A DNA stretch of 64,000 nucleotides, from contig JBOEGF010000008.1 of the NCBI GenBank assembly GCA_050633305.1, forward strand, positions 320,001 through 384,000. The letters are read 5' to 3'. A model generated the notes under the pieces. That model was not told the DNA's origin and did no database searches. It worked only from the letters and a program-made list of their open reading frames with translations. This stretch comes from Nannocystales bacterium. Its GTDB lineage: Bacteria; Myxococcota_A; Polyangia; Nannocystales; Nannocystaceae. Both the position numbers and the translations under genes were made by a program. Below, one piece after another: positions 8,009 through 16,524 of this stretch; the first letter of the stretch is position 1, and each line of letters starts with the position of its first letter.

Positions 8009-11000
8009 TAGTCTTGCTCCTTCGCGTTCATCGACGCGCCCATGCGCAGCAGCCAGACCGTGTCCAACGCCTCCCGAAGACTCGCGCTGCGACCCCGGTA
8101 GGCGTACATCAGCGGGTAGTCCTCGACGTCGATCCACGCGAGTGCGCCGGGTGTGGGGGGGTCGAACGCGTAGCGCCGCACGATAGGGAGTAAGCCGTCG
8201 GGGTTGGCCGGGGGGCTGTCCGCGGTCTCGATCGCGGTCGAGAACGCCTCTCGCCCCGCCTCCAAGCGATCGAGATGCTCCTCGAGTTCAACGCCGTAGC
8301 CAGGGAGCGCCCGCACCCGAACGACTTCGGTTCCCCCGCTGACCGAATCGCGAACATGCGAGCCTTCCTCAGGTCCATAGAACGCCTGGGCGCCCGGCCC
8401 CACGATCCGAAGCAGCGCTCGACGGGGGCCTGAGACGACGGCCTCCGGGTGCGAGTACCGACGACCAGCGTCGTCGATGATCAGGCTCGCTTCGACATCA
8501 CCGCGCCCGGCTCGATACGCCTGAAGTAGCCAGTCGAACAGACCTTGGGACGACTCACCAAACCGCGATGCCCGATGGACGCCACTGACCCGAGTCAGCT
8601 CGATCAGGACCACGTGCGCCGAAGGGTCCGCCCCGCGCTCGACCGCGCGTTCGAGGAATCGAAGGGTGCCCAGCGTTCGCAAGAAGTCCTGGCGCCCCTG
8701 CAGCGGAAGCGAAGGACCCGGCTGCCGCCCCAGCACCCGGACCTGCACCTCAATTCCCCCCCCTCCGAAAGGTTCGGTTCGGGCCTCGGTCGCGAACGAT
8801 TCGTGTTCCACAATCTCCCCTTCGTAGTCGGCCCGCTCATCGAGCGGACGCGAAGCAGCGAGCATGGGGTCGTACTCGAGTTGCATCCGTAGGTCGTCCG
8901 CGAGGCCGCGGACCTCCGCCCGCAACGCCTCCAGGTCGGCGGCGTCCGACTGGCCCTCGGCGCTCTGGCGGGCCACCTCGTCGCTGAGGGTGTCGCTGAG
9001 CCGCGCCAGAGCATCGGAGTCGGTCAGCGCTTCCGCACGCGCCAAGGCTTCGGGGACCTCGGCCCGAAGTTGCTTGCCCGAGAATGCCAGCGCCGCTTCG
9101 AGGGGACTGCTGGATCCAAAGGCTTCTGCCTCGGCCAGCGTTTCACTGTGGAGGCGAAGCGCCCCCTCTCGCTCGAACAACCACAACATCCGCATCGCGG
9201 AAGCCTCCGAAGCTGCCAGCGAGTCCGCCAGCAGGCTCCCCACATTCGACTCCAGATAACGTTTTAGGGATCGAGCCCCATCCTTGGCCGCGAATCCTTC
9301 TCGGACGACCCGCGCGACGACGCTGGGCGTGTAACGAACGAAGACGTTGCGGTCGACCAACCCACGGCGTGACACCAGCTTGTCGAGCTCGCGGCGAGCG
9401 ATACTCGATGCAGCCTCTCGACCGAGCGGTCCGTACTCCACCACATGATCGATCCGGTTGAACAGCTCGGGGGGAAAGAACGCTCGAACCGCGGCCCCCA
9501 CGTCGGAGATGTCCGCGTCCTCGCCTCCGAATCCGACCGAGGGCGTCTTCTTCGCGCCAAGGTTCGACGTCATGATCACGATGGTGTGCGTGAAGTCGAC
9601 GCGTTGTCCGGCGGCGTCGGTGAGGCGGCCGTCGTCGAAGAGCTGAAGCATCAGGTTCAGCACCGAGGGGTCCGCCTTCTCGATCTCATCGAGGAGCACA
9701 ACCGAGAACGGCTGCGCGCGGACCTTGGCGGTCAGGGTGCCCTCGGGGTTGAAGCGGTCTCCGATGAGCCGAGACGGCGCGTCCGGAGTCCCATACTCAC
9801 TCATATCGAACCGCAGCAGGCGCGCAGTCGTTCCGTAGAGGTAGTCCGCGAGGCACTTGGCCATCTCGGTCTTCCCGGTCCCGGTCGGGCCGGTGAACAG
9901 AAAGACCCCGAACGGCCGTGAAGGGTCACAGAGCCCGGCCTTGATGCGTACGACGACGTCGCGCATCGCGGCAACGGCCGCCTCCTGCCCCATGATCTGC
10001 GAACGCAGCTGCCGCGACACCGACTCCGGATCGAGCGGTCGCTTGGCGTCGAGGAGCACCGCGGGCATGCCCGTGCGTCCCGACAGGTGCCCGATGACTT
10101 CCTGAGCACCGATGTCGGGCCGTCGCGTGCTGCCCTCACTCTGCTCGTCAAGAAGCGAGCGCGCGACTTCGGGTCGACTCGAGGCCCGTTTGGGTGTCGG
10201 GCCCCAGTGCCCGGTGGCCATCCGCGCTTCGACTGCGGTCTTGGCCTCACGCAGCCCGCAGCCGACCTTGGCTCGGTACGCCTTGATCGCCAGGATCTTC
10301 TTTCCGAGCTTGAGAGCATCATCGGCCTCGCGCAGGTTGAGGGGCCCCTGCGAGTCTCCGGTCGCGAGCTGCCGCAGCAGGTCCAGCGCCTTGCCCGGTT
10401 GTGCCCCTGCCCCGCCCAGGCTCCCGCCCAGGTCGTGCAGCATGCGGAAGATCAGCGGGTCGAACGCAACGCCACGCTCGCGCTCATACCGCCTCGCCTC
10501 CTGCACCAGCATCCGCAATGTCTCGTCACGCTCGGTCGGCTCGACGAACACCGTGGTGAACGCGGCGGCGAATCCCGGCGCCTCGTCCTGGAGCTGCGCA
10601 AGGCCTTCAGGCGAGCACTCGGCGAATGCCATCAGCTCGTTGCGCATCATCGGGCCACGGAAGAACGTCGCGAGGGCGCGATCACTGCCTCGCGTTTGTC
10701 CGATCCGCCCCCAGCCCGCGATGTCTTCGATCCACAGCACGCCGCGATGCTTGCGACAGGCTTCCACGATGTTGACGCAGCGCTCTTCCCACTGGCCCAG
10801 GTAGGACATGCCCGCGATGACTCGCTGTCCACGGACCTTCCAGACCTTGTGGATCTTGTCCAGGTTGCGGTGGGAGGGGTAGTCGTCCGCGCTGAGTAGG
10901 TCCACCACCAGCTGTTGAAGCAGGCAGCTCTTGCCCGCCCCGGAAGGACCCACAAGGAGCACGGATTTCTTCTGCCGACCACATGCAAGCTGGGCCAAGG

Positions 11001-11679
11001 TGTCGCGATACGGCGCGCGTGCGATGACCGGGTCCGCGACGCCGTCGACAACATGCATCGTGGCGCATGAGCCCAACCGGGTGAGGAGCGCCTCACCGGT
11101 CGGCCCCGATCCCCCGCCTAGCAGCGCCGGCGGCTTGTCTTTCTTTTTCTCGAGCTTGGCCTCGAGCGGTTTGGGCGAGATGGAGAACGCGACCAGCTCC
11201 AGCTTGTCCTTCTTCTCGGACTCCAACGAGGATAGCTCGTCCTCGGGAAGGTCCGCCCAGTCCACCTGGAAGAACGCCTTGGCTTCATCGGCCAACTCCC
11301 GCTCCTCCTCGTGCACGAACCAGGCGCCGGGCCGCAACGGGTGATAGGCGACGAGAATCGGGCCGGGCACCGCGCCTCCCCGGGTTCTCGGCTCGACCAC
11401 GATCGGCACCGTCCCGTAGAACCGTGAGCGCGCACCGCCGTTGCGCATCGAGAGGTCCAGCCGCACCAAGTGCAGCCGCCGTCCGCGAACCGTCTCCAGG
11501 GGTTCGAGTTCGTGGGGGAAGAGTTTCGCGACCCGTTTGCGTACCCCGTCCATGAGCCGCTGGCGGGCCTTGGCGGCACTCGAGGCGGACACCGTCGTGC
11601 AGAATGGACCCACACCAACCGTGGTCCAATGCACACGGCGTCCGGAGACCCGGGAGAAAACCGAGAGTCTCACCTCCAT
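8008..11679 (-). CDS. ClpA/ClpB-like double AAA+ ATPase with L7/L12-CTD-like insert and release-factor-like C-terminus
   Basis: [48 protein letters not shown]. Insert [25 protein letters not shown]. Start MEVRLSV lies 1 nt from the upstream stop and has a GGAGG RBS. Confidence 0.88.
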   Translation of the reverse strand: [1223 protein letters not shown]

Positions 11680-11680
11680 C

Positions 11681-14600
11681 TCAGGCCTCCTCCTGATCCA
11701 GGGAGTCCGCAGCGCGCCCAGCAAACTGGACCCGCTCCAATGCCGCGGCGTAGTCGGTCAACGCCGAAAAACTAAACTGTGCACGAGGCTCTTCGTGCAC
11801 CACTTGCCACCGGCCATCCTGCACCGTCCAACCTCTCGCCGGCGTCTCCCGGAGGAGTTCATTCGTCTTGCGGGCTGCCGGGATCACGTACACATCGCCC
11901 TTGAACGGCTTCCGCGGGCACAACGTGGTCAAAGGAATGTCGTAGGTGTCGCTCATCGTCGACAGCTCCAGGACATCGACCCTGTCGCCGCTCTCCGCTT
12001 GAAAGTGCCACAAGCCCGTTTCGTGGCCGAGCAGCGGCTCGGCCAGACTTCCACGGACTCGAATCAAGACCTCCGACCACCGTGAACGCGCCTTTTCAGT
12101 CTCGGTCTCTCGTCGTTCCCGCCACCACCCGAGAGTCCGCGGAGGGCCGTATCGTCCCTTGGCTGGCCACCCTTCCTCAGACTCAGGGTCACCGACGCGA
12201 TGCAGTGTGACGTCCCAACCTCGGGCCCGTGCCGCCGCGTCGATGATCGACAGGACCTCATGGGTCCGACGTCCCCCCGGTGAGCGCGCGAACAGACAGA
12301 TGCGGTCGCCGCCCTGAAACGAGGCGAGCAGTCGGACGAACGCGCGTTCGAAACGTGCGAACGCCTCGAGTGCTTCGGTGACGAAGAGGTCGGCCCCCGC
12401 GCCTTCGAGCACGGCCGCCATCGCGAGTTCCTCCGCGTCCGCGATCGCGTCGGCATGTTCCGTTGCTTCTCCCATCACCCCCTGGAGCAGTCCGAGCTCA
12501 GCGGCGGTCTGGCCCGCGCCTGCGGTGGTGTCACTGGGCTTGGCACCCGCGAGATCCGCGATCAGATAATCCAGACGTTCGCGAATGGTCTGAACGCGGG
12601 GTCCGTACATGCATCGGTCGGCGGTCCGTCGAAGCGCCGCGACGGATCCGAGTTGATGCACCCCCTGCCGACGCTGAGTCCCTAGCGGACGCATCACGGA
12701 GATCGACAGATCCCTCGATTCCTCGAGCGCCTCACGGGTGAACCCTTCGGGGAGTTCCGGAGACTCGTCGCCCGGACGCGAGACCGCGAGCAAGGCACCA
12801 TCGAGAACCTCGGCGTGTGTCGCCATCGCAGCACAGACGGGTCCAACCAGTGCAGACTCGAGATGCCTTCGGAGCGCCCGCGCGCCGTACTCCGCCGAGT
12901 ATCCAGCCTCGGCGAGCCCATCGAGCGCTTGCTGCGAGACCTCCAGTTCGGTCGCACGTCCCAGCAGCCCATCGCGTTCGACGACCTTTCTCATGGCGAC
13001 CTCGGCGACCGCCGAGACCTCGCTTCGCTGCAGCGCTGAGAAGGGAATCACCCGGTCGATCCGCCCCACAAACTCCGGCCGAAAGTGCTTGTCGACCTGC
13101 TCCAAGTAGTAGGACGCGATCGCGTCCGGCTCATTGGTCGCGGTGGAGGCAAACCCCGCGTCAGGGCGCCTCAATGCGGCCCCAAGGTTGCTCGTCATGA
13201 TGATGATCGCGTTGTTGAACCAGGTCGTTCGGCCACGAGCATCCGACAGACGCCCCTCGCCACACACCTGCAGCAACAGATCGAACACAGCGCTGTGGGC
13301 CTTCTCGATTTCATCCAGCAGAATCACGCAAAACGGCTGCTGTCGGACCCTCCGGGTCAGCTCCCCCTCCTCTCGGAGCGTCCCACGGATGAGCCGGTCG
13401 GCGGCGAGCGGGTCCATGTACTCGGACATGTCAAAGCGGACCATCCGGTCGCCGCTGCCGAACAGGAACTGCGCCAGGGTCTTCGCGACCTCGGTCTTGC
13501 CGACTCCGGTTGGTCCGATGAACAAGAAGTTCGCCAGCGGTTTACCGGGCGGCTGGAGGTTCGCCTTCACCATGCAGACCGTCTCTGCCACCTTGCGCAC
13601 CGCCTCCTGCTGACCGATCACCCGGCGGGCGAAGAAGCGCTCGACCTCATCCAGCTTGACCGCCCGATCCTCCTTCAGCAGGAACAGCGGAATCCCCGAA
13701 CGAGCAGAAAAGGCGCGATACACCTCCGTCGGCCCGATCGATTTCGGCGAACCATCCTCGCTCACCTCGGCTTCATGAATCGCCCGCAACTCGTCGTGGA
13801 GCCGAATCGCCTTTCCGGGAAAGGCCTCGTACGCGAGGTAGCGCTCACACAGGTCGAGCAAGGGCGGAAGCGCCGCGCTCGCGAGGGAGGGTCGATGTGG
13901 TTCGTGCGCACGTGCGTGCGCGGCCCGAGCCTCGAGGACCGGGCGCGTCGCATCTTTGTCCAGCGGCTCGACCGTCACCCGAGACAACGCAGCGAAGAAA
14001 CCGACGTGCATCTTCTCGTAGTGCGAGACCTGCTCGGGCGTGAGTTCGCCGACCACCCGCACTCGGTCTTGGGTGACGTACGGAAGCATCCCCGACACCA
14101 TGTCGCCGATCTCCCCAGGACGCCCGGAGAGCAAGTCGCCGAGGTTGTCGAAGTACACGATCGCATCGAGTTCCTCGGCGGCCTTCATCACGTCGGCGAC
14201 GCGCTGCTCGAGTTCGCCGAACCCCGACTGACCAGCGACGAGCTGTGCCCCTGAAGTCGCGATGACCATGCGGCCACCGAGCGGGTCGGGTCCGCTCCCG
14301 TGCACCGCCCGAGAGACGAGACCGTGCATCAACGCCGACTTGCCCGCGAGCTCCCGCCCGATGAGCAGAACACTGAGCCGTTCGCCCCCGCCGAGCAGAC
14401 CCGTCAGGGCATCGATCTCGTCCGAACGCTCGAGCACGTCCGGCTGACGTTCCTTGCGATGCAACGACCGCAGCGGGGTGCCGATCTCCGAGAGAAGCTT
14501 CTCCCCTGCTCCACGCTCCCGACTCTTCGCCCGTTTGCGTCGGCTGTGCGCCCGGGCCCCCGCATCCGCCGCATCTTCGCGACTCACCGAGAGCTTGAGC

Positions 14601-15082
14601 TGGTGAAGCCCGTGCCGCGCGGCCGGCAACCGCGTGAGCATCTCGGTTGCGGAGAGACCCTGAACCTTCGCAGCTCTCTGTGCGGCCTCCGCAACAACAC
14701 GATGCAGGTCATCAGCCTGCTCCACGTAGACGAATGTCTCCAGCGGGAGAATCTGGACCCAGAAGGACCGGTCGTGCGGGATGATGACGCAGGCCATCGT
14801 GACTGGTTTCGTGACGGCGATCCGCCGAGGAAGATCCGAGCGAGACAACAACACCGGGACCTCCACCATCGTCGCGTCACTCGGCAGCGAAAACGTCGCC
14901 AAACTCGCCGCAGGGACCTTCTGGAGGTAGAGGGTGAGGAAACGCTCCTGTTGTTGGAGCGCCGCCTCCACCGAGGTCGTGCGGCTCGCCAACTTCGGGT
15001 CGACCAACGGGTAGGCGTACACGCCACCGCTCGTCATCTCCCTCACCACCATCGTCGCGTCGAGCTCGACTGCCGTCGCCAT
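11681..15082 (-). CDS. ClpA/ClpB-like double AAA+ ATPase with RF2/PCRF-like C-terminal region
   Basis: [49 protein letters not shown]. C-terminus contains [24 protein letters not shown]. Confidence 0.9.
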   Translation of the reverse strand: [1133 protein letters not shown]

Positions 15083-15137
15083 CGGCGCCGAGCGTACCTG
15101 AGTTTGGGCACCTCGTGCCGCCTGCTAGTCTCGCGCG

Positions 15138-16457
15138 ATGATGGCTCGGACTGCATTGAACTCGACCTCGGCACTTCTTCTGCTCACGATGTTCAGCGGT
15201 CCGGGCTGCGGCGACGACAGTCACGCTGACGAGACGATGGGCGAGGGCGGTACCGAAGTCGGCTCAACCGGAACCCCCGCAACGACCGGACCCGTCGCCT
15301 CGACCGGAGCCCTCGAAACGGACGGGGGGAGCGGGGACGAGAGCAGCACCGGGTCCGACAGCGAAGACGGGCCCCAGCCCTCGGGTCCCGACCACGCCAT
15401 CGACCCCGCGGTTCCAGGGCCCTACCCGGTCGGCGTGATGACCGTCGAGTTCGTCGACCCCACACGCGAGGGCGGACGCCCGCTCATCACGGAGATCTGG
15501 TACCCGGCGACCGACGATGCGATCGGCATGGACACTGTCACCTACACCCCGGAGGACATCTTCCGCCCGGACGCGATCGAAGTGTTGGGCAACGACCTGT
15601 CCTCGGAAATCGCCACCTCGGCGGTTCGAGATGCGCCCATGCGGGGCGACGATGGCCCATACCCCGTCGTGTTCTTCAGCCACGGTTCGGGTGGAATTCG
15701 CATGCAGTCCACCTACTACACGGTGGACATGGCGAGCCACGGGTACGTCGTCATCTCGCCTGATCACATCGGCAACACACTCAGCGACATCATCGTCACC
15801 GGTGACCTGACCACGGCCGACCTCGCTGAGAGTCTTGGAAACCGCCCTCTCGATCTCTCGTTCGTGCGGGAGGAGCTGGAACTTCTCGAGGCGGACGACC
15901 CGTTGTCCGCGCTCATGGACTTCGAGCATGTTGGCGTGACCGGGCACTCGTTCGGCGCTCTCACCTCGTTGCGGTGGATGGGACAAGGCGCGGACGTCGA
16001 TGCCGTCGTCGCCCAAACGCCGCCGAGCATGGAGCTGAACTGGCTCGCGATCTCGACCCCGCTCTCGGACTTCACCACCCCGATCCAGCTTCAGGTGGGT
16101 GGAGTGGACCTCACCCTTCCCGCGGAGACCAACGCGGACACGGTCTGGGAAGCCGCGTCCGAGCCCCGCTCACGAATGACCTTGAGCAACGCAGGTCACT
16201 TCACCTTCAGCGACATGTGCGGGCTCAACATCGCGGACATCGAGGCGGTCGCCAAGCTCGGCGTATCCTCGGCGCTCGAGGATGGCTGTACAAAGGAAAA
16301 CACCGACCCCGAGATCGCCGCCGCTGCGATCCGACACTACGGTATCGGCTTCTTCAACGTGTACCTGCGCGAATCCACGCCGACGCTCGATCTGCTGACC
16401 CAGGAGGCCGGAGAGGCCATTGCAGGCGATCTGCTGACCTGGGAAGCCGAGCTTTGA
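15138..16457 (+). CDS. Secreted/lipoprotein alpha/beta hydrolase (dienelactone hydrolase / PAF-acetylhydrolase-like)
   Basis: Signal with Cys (GPGC); PGPYPVG, YPVVFFSHG, nucleophile GHSFG, AGHFTF. Confidence 0.85.
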   Translation: MMARTALNSTSALLLLTMFSGPGCGDDSHADETMGEGGTEVGSTGTPATTGPVASTGALETDGGSGDESSTGSDSEDGPQPSGPDHAIDPAVPGPYPVGVMTVEFVDPTREGGRPLITEIWYPATDDAIGMDTVTYTPEDIFRPDAIEVLGNDLSSEIATSAVRDAPMRGDDGPYPVVFFSHGSGGIRMQSTYYTVDMASHGYVVISPDHIGNTLSDIIVTGDLTTADLAESLGNRPLDLSFVREELELLEADDPLSALMDFEHVGVTGHSFGALTSLRWMGQGADVDAVVAQTPPSMELNWLAISTPLSDFTTPIQLQVGGVDLTLPAETNADTVWEAASEPRSRMTLSNAGHFTFSDMCGLNIADIEAVAKLGVSSALEDGCTKENTDPEIAAAAIRHYGIGFFNVYLRESTPTLDLLTQEAGEAIAGDLLTWEAEL

Positions 16458-16524
16458 ATACCTAAGCATACACACCGTCTTTCACTCCAGCCACAGCTGG
16501 GGTGAAGGGATATCGTTCGCGAGG

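Noticed and set aside
5753..15082. Calling the ATPases clpA, clpB, clpC or T6SS clpV
   Set aside because: No Clp N-domain repeats, no M-domain coiled coil, no GYVG loop and no T6SS genes nearby, so a gene symbol would mislead.
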